From assembly GCA_046563655.1 (NCBI GenBank), contig CM102285.1, forward strand, positions 4,092,001 through 4,156,000: a stretch of 64,000 nt of DNA, in the 5' to 3' direction. This document shows positions 49,301 to 61,071 of the stretch, one piece after another; the first letter of the stretch is position 1; every line of letters starts with the position of its first letter. This DNA is from Yuukianura sp. NJ FZ-2021. Its lineage: Eukaryota. The position numbers were made by a program, and so were the translations under genes. The notes beneath the pieces were generated by a model that did no database searches, had not been told where the DNA came from, and was given only the letters and a program-made list of their open reading frames with translations.

Positions 49301-52300
49301 CGTTGCGTCACAGTAATAATACGTTTGGGTTTCATCAAAAGTGAAACCTTTTAACAACCGGGGTCTCAGAACTATTTTTCAATTTGCTTTTGTTATTTTC
49401 ACTCCACCTTGCTGAAAACATTTGAAATCGATACCACGGAAAAGAAGTTTCATCTCCTCGCTTGTAGTTGAGTTTAATTACTCATTAACTAACTAAAGTT
49501 AATTGACTTAATTGCCCTAATAATAGAATGCTTAATTTCAGAAAGCACATATTTTAGCAACCAGCTTGTATTTGAGTTCAATGCCTCTAATTAACAAATT
49601 GAAATTAATTAAGTTTTAGACCACTATTGGAATGCTTAATTTCAAAAAGTATTGAAAGCAGCTTCTTCAGTCAGTGTCAGGCGTTACATCCTAATCTAGA
49701 CGTATACATCGTTCAAATTCAATTAAATGAAAATGAATGAAAATGTTTTTAACATGAAATTTTTGATTTTGATCCTGCAGATCCTGCCCTACCGCGTAGC
49801 TTGCAATTAATAGTTCAATCTGCGATGTTTCCACCATACCAAGGTCCTACTGCTGATACAACAATGGAATTGGAAACACCCGAGGAAGAATTATTCCCTC
49901 CGTGGCCACAAGGACTTCTTCCACCACCACCGTTGCCACCCACAACTCTGCCGAAACACTGGAAAATGAACGTGGATGATGAAGGACGATGTTACTATTA
50001 CGATGTCCGAACACGAATATCTCAGTGGACACCTCCATCTCCGAACTCTGAAGCCAACTCGGACTCAGAAGAATCAGCAGGAGAGGATAGTGAAGAAGAG
50101 GGCGATAGCGTAGGTGCGACGACTAGCGGAGATGAGTCAGCCCTATCCGCGTCTGGGGATGCTGCGGAGGACCAATCGAAGGCTCTTCAAAAGTTTCAAT
50201 CATGGATGAACAACAGATCGGAGAGAAGGAAACGCTCAGGTTTAGTTACCGAAAGGATCATAAGCGTAAGTCCTTCATTTTTTAAAGGCGCACATACTAC
50301 AATCTACGCAAATATGCTTTTTTGAAATGATGTGAAAGCTGAAGTGTTGAAACTCTTTTGAAGGTAGATCAAGCTTGCAACGGTTTTCATACTCACTCTT
50401 CTAAGTCTATCCTGTATACATCCTCGTCGAGTATTTATCAATGCCAAGGAAATGAATTGAAGCGGAAGATGATTTTGTTAGATGAGGGTTTTGTGTTGAA
50501 TCTACTATACATCATTGAACGCATAGATCATCTTCCATTCATTCTTCATTTTGCATCCTATCGAGCATTTTATAGATTTGCAACTGTAAGCATGTTTACT
50601 GCTTATTCAGTATTCACCTCGATGCTGAAATCTGTAGGATGAGTGTCACAAAGCACTCAGAAAATCACTTCATTTTCCAGGGAAAATATGGGAAATAGGA
50701 GAGCAAAAACGTTCGTGTCATTCCCTTATCCGGTTTACTTTTTTTTTTACTTTTGTTAACTACTAACGAAGCGTCTACTAATTTAGTTTTGCGATGTTTT
50801 GTTTGGAGTTTACAAAAGGCGGGGGTGGAAACGAAATTTGATTACTGTATGCTGTGATCAGCTCAACCTGGCCGTAAGACTGCAAGTTTCTGATACCGAA
50901 TAGTGTAGCGGTTGTCGCTTAAAATGTCCCGAACATTATAATGTACTATAAAAGACTTATAGCGAAAGATTCATTGCATCGAACAGAGAGATGCAAGATG
51001 CTAGCTTGAGTTCTTTTAAACTTTTAAACGTGTTTTGAAAACAAATATACAGACAGATAAGGTTTCTATCATATTCATATCCGAAGTTGTTCAATTTTGA
51101 AATTCATTATGAAAGTCAGTCATACTGTTTTGCGGGAGAAAGGAACTGAAGGCTCCTTTTCATTAAAATCTTAACTTCTGGACGGGTGACAAAAGTAGAA
51201 TTATTCCAGTTCCTCTTCTTCTGAAAACTTTCTTTGTGAGATTGAGATTGTTTTTACAAAGGAATTCTTTCTTTGTTTTCTTTGTTTCTTAAATTCATTC
51301 TTTGCTCTTTTCGTGCGAATCTTCTGAAAGAAGTTGTGTAAACTTTCATTCTGCCTGAACTGATGTTCGTAGTCCACGTTTGAGTAGGGTTAGGGGGGTA
51401 TGGCGTTTCTTCGTTTGTTTTGTCGAAGAAGAGATGTGAAATGGAGCGCGAACGCAAACTGAAAGCATTTCTAGTGGTTCTACGAAAGTTATCGGATTGA
51501 AGTTGTTCTAATAGTTTTATTGCTGGATAATTCCATGCGTTCTTCGATACGATTGACTTTGTAATTTGCGTAAATTGGAATTCGTAATTATCCAAATTCG
51601 GCTGGATTTTGTCTAGCAAAATCTAGTATTTAAGGCGTTTTTGAGGTAAACTTTAAGATTTTGCACGCTTTGCGGGTGTTTGGTGTTGTACTAGGATTGT
51701 AATGTAGATTAGACACGTAGGTAACAGTTCAATTGAGTTTAAACCTGATTTCACATTGTCTTGGTCAAGAAAAACAATAATTTTTACACCTAGGACAAGC
51801 TTTTACATAGAACGACCTGTGACGCGGATTGTACTACCTTGGAAAAGTCGTTTTTACTTAACGTCTACTTAACTGAAAATATTTCACCAGTGATATTACA
51901 GATATTTGATAGTATCGGCTGCTTCAAAGTGCATGAATGGTTCCACAATTGGCTTTGTTATGAGAAAGTCCCTGGCCCTGGGAGACTAAGCTCCTGTAAG
52001 AAACTAGGAAATTTTTTGTGCTCATCGTCTGCTAGAAATTATGAGATTGAGGAAAGTTTGCTTTCTCCCTAAAGAATTGGTTTCTGAGTTGAGTCGTGCT
52101 TACGAGAGTGAAATGAACCATTCATAAAACAAAAGGCCAAATCAAATCTTGGTAGCTTTTGTTTTCTGTACTCTTCAGCTATGCTGTTACATAATTCATC
52201 AGATGGATAGAAGAAGATGATTTAATTTATCTCGGCAGAAGGAACTCTTCCTTGCTGTGCTTGACAAAAACAATTACCAAGAAGGAACGGAATTTATTTC

Positions 52301-53575
52301 GTAATCTAAAATTGGAATTTGGTTTCCTTTTTGTTTCTTCGTTTCAGTTGCGTTTTTTTTTTGTTGTGTTTTAAGTAAAAACAAATTTTGGTCTCATTAA
52401 TTTTTTTGTTCTATTTCTAGCCGAGAAGTGAAGAGGACAAGTCATTATCTTTCATAAGTCAAAGTGCCATTCGTGAAAACAAGTTGCAAGCCGCGGAGCG
52501 GAAAGGAAAGAAAGTCACAGAAGTGCAAAGTTCTGTTTCCAGTGAGGTACCGCAGGAAGCGAAGGATGCCAAGAGTGTAGTGATGTCTGGACAAGTCGGA
52601 AATAATCTATTTCAGACCGAAAAGAGAATGGAAATGGATGAAGACGAACCATCCAAGCATGGAACTAAGCAATCACCAAGTCCCGTGCCAACCGTTCAGA
52701 AGCGTGAGAAATCCAAAGTACAGGGTCCAGCGACCAGTCCAGGTGAACATGAGTATAGTCCTGGCACGAAAACAACTTCGGACATTGGTCCCCAGAACCA
52801 GAACCAAGTTTTGCCGGATATCGAGACTCTTAACTTGAATGAATCCCTGGATAAAAGCGAGGAAAGTGTGGAAGTCATTCCCGGACTTCTGGATGGTACA
52901 ACTGCAGCCATTAACGCTGGAGATGAGAAAAAGAGTCCCGCTGCTGGATTTGTGTGCAATAGCCCTGCTGGTTTAGCCGCAGCACCCACTGAGACTTGCT
53001 CTGAACATCAGCATTTGGGCGAAGAGAGGTCAACCAAAAGAAAGCACAAAAAATCGAAACATGCACATGGCAACGTTCCCTCTGCCACCAGTCACCACCA
53101 CCCACAATCCAGCGGAAGTTTGTCCAAAGAAGGACATGAACGAGAGCGGATGAGTGATGATCGAAAAACTAAGGCGGCAAATGTAGAGGCATTTAGAAAT
53201 CAAATTGCCAACGTCATTGTGCAACACTTGAATCCTTATAGAAAATCCAGTTGTAAAAATGGTCATATTTTGAGCAATGAGGACTTCAAGCACTTGGCAC
53301 GAAAAGTAAGTTTCCTTTTACGAACTGGATATTCATTTCTTGTTTTCCTGACTAGAAATAAATATTTAACTTTACCAATAATTATAACTAAATCGCCTTT
53401 CTTTGTTTTTCAGATGACCCATGCCATAGCTCTAAAGGAGATGAAACACAGCAAAGATGGGAAAACGATTGTTGTGAACGATAGTGTGAAGCATAAGACA
53501 AAAGAGTACGTGAAGAAGTACATGGGAAGATTCCAAGGGAACTACATCCGATCTCCGGAAGACACGCAATCCTAA
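43338..53575 (+). CDS. SETD2: Histone H3K36 methyltransferase Set2/SETD2, multi-exon
   Basis: AWS (CDC...CNENCLNRLLMVEC), SET (KGHGLR, EYIGEV, RFINHSCDPN, EEITFDY), post-SET (CFCLASNCRG), LFLDYHGL, WW domain (HWK...GRCYYYD...QWTPP) and C-terminal SRI (LNPYRK...EDFKHLARK|MTH...KTKEYVKKYM). Confidence 0.95.
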
Positions 53576-54267
53576 ATCCGATTTTATAGTTACTTTTTCT
53601 ACACTTTTTTCGTAATGAATTTAGTACCTAGTTTCATGCCCGCGGTATAAATGAGTTAAAGTCTGCAAGGTGAAAAAGTTTAAGTTTTTGTTGGCGTATA
53701 TAAATGCGTAAATAAAAATAAATGTAATTTACGATTCTCTGTAAACTGTTTCATGATTTTAATAACGACCAAAAAATTTTATGCCTCACAGTTTCACAAA
53801 TTCCGGTGAACTAAAGCCGAACTAAGGTTACCGTTAAATTGATTCGTGTCAAAGGTGAAATTGACTTCTCAAGTGAGAAATTAAATGTTATTTAGTTAAT
53901 AATTTTTTTCAACTCTTGGTTACAAGAATTGATCGCACGTACGCTCTGCTAACATTATTTTAAACAATCAAAACTTTCACTTCCACTTTCTCCTTTGCCT
54001 GTTAGGGTACTTCTCGATTCTCGTATTATTCGATATACGTGTTACCCAATTCCAGTTTCAGCATGTTGTGGACACTGACGTGTCGTGACCCAAAGTCAAC
54101 ATTGACTTTTGACCTCACATTTTCATACTCTTGGCATCTTTTTGTACCCGGAATGACTCTCCTGATAGATCCGCCTAACCTAAACCCGGGTTCATTCGGG
54201 TCTTACCCAGTCAAATCTAGGTAGCGGGTTGCTCCATCTTTATTCTTATTTTTTGCCATGTTCAAGA

Positions 54268-55829
54268 TCACTTGAAGTGTCGCGGGTCAAAGATGCATGA
54301 TATTTTAGCACCCATGACGCTCAATCTGAAATGACCTTCAGCCGTCATGAGGTTCTCATAAGGAGTTTCGTCGAGGAAAATACGCTTCCACATCAAGATG
54401 GCTATGTATGTTTGCCTTTCCAGTAACATCGGAAACACTGGTATTGTGATCGTCTTCCTCCAGAAGTTAATTGTTAACTGTACATGGGTAGGTTTTCTTC
54501 CGTACCATTCCAACTGCTCCTTAAGGCGTTCCAGCGTTTCCTCGGTCAACCAGTATACGTGGAATTGAAGAGCGTCAAAGTTACGAACATTGTCTGTCAA
54601 TGTAAAAGAAATAAGATTTTCGTGTAAATAATTATAGTATACACCTTGCCGCCATGTGTATGTACTTACTACGGCGAAAGTTTTTGGCACAGTTAACATT
54701 CTTTATGTATCTTCTGTCTGTTACTCGCGTGGGGTCGTATCCACGAGCAACTGCCATAATGTACTCTGCTTGCTCGTGTCCAAAATTTCTCCTCAACCAT
54801 GCAAACGGAACTCGCTGAAGTTCACCCATTGTACTAATCCCACACTGAATTAATTGTCCTTTCACGTAGGGGTCCAATGGTGATAATTTTTTGAGTGGCA
54901 GAAGCCAAGAGTTGATCCATTTGTTGATTCCCGCCTTGGATAGAACAGATAAGGATCCTGGTGGATTGAGGCCACAGGCAATCTTTGCAAGCATCTTGTT
55001 TGGACCAATCCCAGCAGAGCAGTGAAACTTTGTTGCGGAGTGAACTCTTTCTTGGAGATTTGAGCATAGCTTCGAAGCGATTTGAATCTTGGCTTCATAT
55101 TCGTTTTGTGGCTTATAATTCTGAACTGGCGATTCCCGGTTTGTGTGCAGTGGCCATTTCAAAGCTGACGCTTCGACAAGTCTCATGCTGCACAAGTAGT
55201 ATGCGTGTTCCAGATTACCATTTACTGGGATATCGTTGTCGAACATGTAGTTGACCTGATCTGTCATGTCAATGTACGTTTCATCTTGTGGCACCCAGTA
55301 GAGTATGGGTGGATATTCCCATTGCGCAGTGCATGTTTCAATGACTTTGAATACATCATGTCTCGCACGCCGGAAGAGGGTTTGGTCGGGCTTGTTGTTT
55401 GGCAAATTTGGCTGTACAAATTGCTTCAAATTTTTGCAAATCGCGAGTGCTTCCTCCAGTTTTACGGTGTTGTCGATTTCAAGTTGTTTGGCTTTGTCAT
55501 TGGCGGAAATTATTCTGGAAATCCAAAACACAAATAAAAAGATTAAAGTAGAAAAAAGTATTTTTCATAGTTTAAATTTTAATTAAGTCTATATTATCAA
55601 CAATTGAAGCATTTAACTTACCAGTTAACGTAGAAAGTTGTTATTATTATTATGAGAGAATTTGTAATTCAATATAATCCTACCTTCCAGACGTTAAAAC
55701 GCTGACAGTCGGAAAGTCGTCCCAATTGGTGTCCCCTATTTCTTTTGCCATTACTTGTGTGGCAAAAGTGTACACGTCAATTAATCCTATATAGCGTGAC
55801 ATAAATTCGGTACCGAAGGTTGCCTCCAT
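54268..55829 (-). CDS. Divergent Y-family DNA polymerase, Pol eta-like, catalytic core only (~438 aa)
   Basis: Exons 55829-55684, 55514-54670, 54593-54268 total 1317 nt in frame. Motifs IGLIDVYTFATQV, PQDETYIDMT, CSAGIGPNKMLAKIACGLNPP, ARGYD, CAKNF, ETLERL. Confidence 0.85.
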
Positions 55830-56170
55830 TTTTTTAAACCAATAGGATCAGTAATTTATTATGTAGATTTAATGAAAATACTTAAGAAAATATTCACGGG
55901 TTGTCTTGTCTTAGAGTGTGAATTCTTAGTTACTAAGGGGAATTAATTTCCTTCAAACTAATCAAGATTTGGTTGAGGGTAACCACATTTATATGTTGTA
56001 ACCACTGTAAACTATATTTGCAACCACTTGGTAGTTGCAACTCTGTGATGTTATACACTTATATGTTATATGTATATATTAACACAAAAGTATACGTTAT
56101 ATACTTTTAATGCTTAGCTGTTCAATAGCAAAACGCTTCAAAAATATTTCAGCACTTATGTAACATGGGC

Positions 56171-59002
56171 TTATGTTAGCACACCACACTTCTTCAAATT
56201 TTGACAAAATGGTATCTTATCCGCAAGTAGCAGAGCAATTGCAATTAGTAAACCAACACCATATAAGCAAAAACACGTCAATACATTACTGTTCAAAGCA
56301 AGTCGTTTTGGCTTCGAATCAGTGTGTTGTTGCTTTTTTTGATACTTTAAAACGATTTTAGCATCATCCGTTGGGTGATGAATTTTTATCCACTTGTCCC
56401 AAATTTGAAATATTCCTGAAGACAACAACAGTTGTATTCTGGCATACAATTGGGCATGGTACTTATGACCATAAAATACAAAACCAGTCCAGTAGCCGTG
56501 AATTTTGTTGCTCTTTCGGAAAGTCGCGCCGGTGTTCGTCGGATCTCCTTCAAGTTTCCGGAGTTCGTTAGCTGCATGTACTGCATCAACTGTTTCTGTC
56601 GTACCAAAAACGACTGATTTGTCAAGGACAAGTGACGCATTGATATAATAATCCATTATAACTTCTTTTATATCTTCCATTTCAATTGAAGACTTATTAG
56701 GCCCCGTTCGAAATGAAACTTGTGCCAATATGAGCTGTTCTGGGATTGGATGCTGAATTCCGCATCCTTTTTCCAACAGAAACCAATCGAAAGCCCACAT
56801 CAACTCTTTGTGTGTACTTCCAAGTCGATTCATGTACTCTTGCAAACGTAATCCGACGATAGTACTTGAATTGTCTGGTTTAGGGAATGAGCCAGATGCA
56901 TTCCTATACCAGGATTTTACAAATCCTGGTATTACGTTGTGGGCAATAATTGGCCTGTACCTAGTACGAGTCAAACCATTACAGGAAGGAAACCGTTCCC
57001 TCACATCATTATTTAGTAGCTCGATTAGCTCAATCAGAACGTTTCTAGGGTCGAAATCCAGAATAACAACAAAATTGTTAATGTCGAGTAGCGTTTTATA
57101 CCGAGAAGAAATAGGAATTGGGGCCACGAGATCCGTCACCACAACTCCCTTGTAGCCATTGATTAAAACAACGCACGTTAAGCTCCATAGTCCAATCATA
57201 ACGCGGAACCAATATTTGACTAAAAGTGGTTTCACATTTGCTGTGACCTCGTAGCCTGCTTCGAGTAGGGATCGGTACACAAGCCATTGAAAATCTGCAA
57301 GCAGTATGGATGGGTTTGTGCCAATCTTGAGCGTGACGTCTGCCACTGCCATGAGGCAAGCGCAGCTAGGTACGGCAACGAACGCAAAGATTGCAATGTG
57401 TAACCATGACAACCAGTCATAGGTTCGGTAGTACAATGAGAAATCCAGTGTCTGTTGTATTCCTTTAGTCGTCGTGTAAGATAATTCTAATTCTCCAGTG
57501 GGTATGGCAGTGAGAACACGAAATATTGGTCCATGTCTTAACCGTTGTAACCATACTTCGTGTGACACTGTTTGCTCCATGAACCCATTTAAATATGCTT
57601 TGAACAGCTCATCCTGCAATATTGGTTCATAGGCAAGGAAGGAAATAGTTTCAAAGGCAATTTGCTGCATTGCAACTTCAATGTTGGTAACATTCGGATG
57701 TTTTACAAACGGTAGCAGATTGGACTCCACTATTGGAACTTTGTAGTACTCTTTTTGTTGCAGAAAATTTGTTTGGTTCTCTGTTTGGTACAAGAAGTAG
57801 TAGTTCCTACCCAGTCCAATCCTACGATGGAAATTTTTAATTTCCATAATAAAACTTTGGTTTGATATATTTGTATACTCCATCCAATCTCGTTCTTTAA
57901 ACAGTTTTGCTGCGTACGGAATGACTATTAATTTGGTAAAATGAATTGTTACTGCCTTTCTGCTTATCTTCCTTTGATTCAAACTGATTGGCTTCACGTA
58001 GTGAATCAACTGAAATGTGTTTTGATTTGTAGAGCCAGAGCGGTAGATCTTCAGCTTGGATTTCATTACGGTGTGTGTCAGTGTCGTTACAATGTTGTAG
58101 TAGAAAACATGTGAGGATGCTTGGATCTGTCCATCAACAGATTTGCGCCCAGTATTATAAATGTAGCCAAATTCAAATGTAGATACTTTATCGTGTTTGC
58201 TAACTTCTGGGAACATTACAAAGAGTGCGTAACACGAATAGCCATTTCTCGGGCGTATAAGATGAGACTGCTTCTGAGTTGTGCATTGTTTCTTGTTTCT
58301 GAAAGTTAAAGGAAATCAATTTTAAAATTATATTACACGATTAACAGTTTTCTCTGCTGGTAGAGTAAGATATCCTTCGCCGCCTCTCCCGTCTCCCAAC
58401 CCCTTCAAATTTTCTCGTTACCTCCATTGCCCCCACCGGATACATACAGTGCACCCACCCATTGCCAAATGTATCCATCCGGTGGGGCAATAGGTGGGTG
58501 GATCCAATGTATCAATGCACTGTATCTACCCGGTGCGGTGGTGGCAATTGAGGCAGCGAGAAAATTTGAACGGGTTGGGAGAGCCGACGAAGGATATCTT
58601 ACTCAAACGTCCAACCCTTTTAAAATGGCAGTAGTAAAAATAGTTGTCAAGAAAAAGTTTTGTTTTCAAAATACCACGATTACTTAAGTTAAGTAGTAAA
58701 CAACTGAAATTGAGTTACATGGCTACAGGTCTGCTGTTTTCGTGGACCATTGTTGTTTCGTTAAAAGTCAACAGAAAAATGGGTGTCGCAATTGACTGCG
58801 TCAAGTTGTAGTAATGCGTTTGAGGAATGTAGACAGTTACGTAGCAGCTGGAGAATTCTGCCACGACATCTTCCATGTTTTCAATGATATCCACAGGGTA
58901 ACGCATGCCGTAGTTGCTATTGTAATGAAGGTTGACAGTAGCTGCAATTAGCTGAACGGCCCATGTGATGACGCCGTAGAACAACATCAGTGCGCGGAAC
59001 AT
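56171..59002 (-). CDS. Divergent ionotropic-receptor-like chemoreceptor (~803 aa)
   Basis: Exon 1 59002-58719 (signal peptide MFRALMLFYGVITWAVQLIAA) and exon 2 58298-56171 are in frame. YDWLSW, YRSLLE, GLWSL..VVLINGYKG....DLVAP, LLSSGIFQIW, final TM. Confidence 0.72.
58363..58604. mobile_element. Palindromic MITE (~240 bp) in the IR intron
   Basis: GAGTAAGATATCCTTCG...CGAAGGATATCTTACTC plus further paired segments (TTCAAATTTTCTCG / CGAGAAAATTTGAA) running inward. Confidence 0.85.
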
Positions 59003-60714
59003 TTTGACGATGGCAGCAATCGTCTTCGCCGTTTTATATTCTGACAAACCCAACGAATTTATTTTTTGTGTCTGCCTGTTTGGACGCCAAAAATTAGGAC
59101 TGTTTTAAGTACGAGCTACTGATTAATCCAAAATAAGATTTAGCGTAGGATGCAGTTCTCGTCACTTGTTTTATTACACAATATTAATAATTAAGCTGTT
59201 TTATACTGCTAAAGTTTTATGTGAATGTATTTTCAGAATTTGGTAATGTATACTACTGCTAATCTCAGCTTTTGATGTAATTGGCATTCAAATATATTAC
59301 TACTATTATTAGTATTGGTTGTCAAGATTAAGCTTTGCAGAACTGTCTCGAGCTATTACTGGATTTGTTCAACTGAAACGTTCATAAGTGGAAGTGTTTT
59401 ATCCAGTTTAATAAAAGCGCGTCACAGCGTCTCAAGACACCTAAATTGTTTTACCGAAGTCTAAATACTAAATATTTGATTTGTAGAACCTTGCATCGGG
59501 AAAGAAAATGGTTTATCAATTTAGCTTACCTACACGCAATTAACAAACACAGGCGACTAGGCTATGTCAACGGTATTTTCAGTAACTAGGAGGGCTGAAT
59601 TGTTCTAAATGTTTATTAATAAATTAGCCCCAACAAAATTAGTATGCAATCTTCAAGTAAAAAAAAATCAATGAGAAATTGATTATGTGCTACATACCCC
59701 ACTTAAAGCAGGTGGGAGATCATCATACAACTTCAAAAACTGACAATTCCAAGTATAGTAAGAGGTATGGTAAACAAATCTTATAAGTGTGTGTACCTGT
59801 ACATGTGCGTTGACTTAGGTACATGCATTAGGATTAAAAATATAGAGTTATAAATTCGTTTTAACGTCATTGTACTGCTGCTTTTGTATACATTTTATTT
59901 TCACCTTCTCTCTTGCTTATCCTTTTTGTGCTTAGCAAGTTTGGTTGAGTTCATAGTATGGACTTGCTACCGTAACCTGTTGGCTAGACTTTTTGGAATT
60001 ATTAAAAGGAACTTTCTAATACTCATTGGAACTGGGGGCAAATAAAGGCGCCCTTTAGACGTAAAAGCAAACTTTACATTTTTAGAATACGTAAGAAATC
60101 TGATCGGTATCTATTTAGTATTTCACAATTGTGCATGCAAGCGACTTTGTATATTGTATGATGCCACCATACGTGAAGAAACTCAATTGACGTTTGAATA
60201 AAAGGTTTCTCATAATATGTATCGTCAAAAACCAACAAATGCAGAATTGTTCAAGGCACACTAGCTCCGCGTTACATATTTTACCCAAAACCTAAAAATG
60301 TTCATTGCTATTGCGATGCCATAACCCATTTTACAACTTACTTAACTAATCCGAAATTATCTATTTTAGCCCGAGAAGGGAATAGAAATGGATGAAGACA
60401 AAGCTTCCAAGCATGGTAATAATAACAAGAAGAGGTTTTCAGCCGTGTCTCAAAATGAAATATGAGACTAATTGCAAAAAATTTTTTATAATCAATTAGA
60501 ATTTTTGGCACTATTGTGGTTTGCGAACACAAAAAAATCATTCCTTTACTTGGAACTGAACCCACGGCCAAGCCGACTTACGTCTGGGAATGTTTTTTAA
60601 AAAGCTTTCAAGGAGTCTAGAACGTTAAAAATGAAAAAGTTAGAACTTAGAGCTGTTTGTCACATACAAAGTTTGAAATTGAAACAAATTTAGTCTTCTT
60701 GATTCACCTTACTA

Positions 60715-61061
60715 TGGTGGCCCCAGAGTGCCACTGCTGTTTTTGCCATTTTGTAATTTAAAAAGCATTTTGATTTGCATTTCAATTTCAATTTCATTTT
60801 CAGTTGCATTTTGAAATGCATTTTCAAATGCATTAGGTTAGGTATTTTCAAATGCATTTCAATTTTAATTGCATTTTCAATTGTATTTTAATTTCAATTT
60901 CATTTTCAATTGCATTTTGAATTGCATTTCAATTGCAAAAGCATTTTCATTTGCATTTGAATTTCAAAAGCATTTTCAATTGCATTTCAATTTGAAATGT
61001 ATTTTCATTTGCATTTCAAAATCAATTTGAAAATGAAAATGCACGTGGCCCTTCTGGGCTC
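60715..61061. mobile_element. Short element with imperfect TIRs, GCATTTTCAATT tandem repeats and a TTAGGTTAGG core
   Basis: GGTGGCCCCAGAGTGCCAC versus GTGGCCCTTCTGGGCTCC at the ends; internal ~11-12-bp repeats; TTAGGTTAGG at ~60833. Confidence 0.55.
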
Positions 61062-61071
61062 CTAATTCAAC

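Noticed and set aside
50266-52420. Nested gene or ncRNA in the long Set2 intron (ORFs 50358, 51254, 51839)
   Set aside because: No recognisable protein motifs, consistent splice pattern or convincing snoRNA boxes.
54594-54699. Apparent frameshift between the two polymerase ORFs
   Set aside because: Explained by a 76-nt GT-AG intron (54669-54594) that restores the frame.
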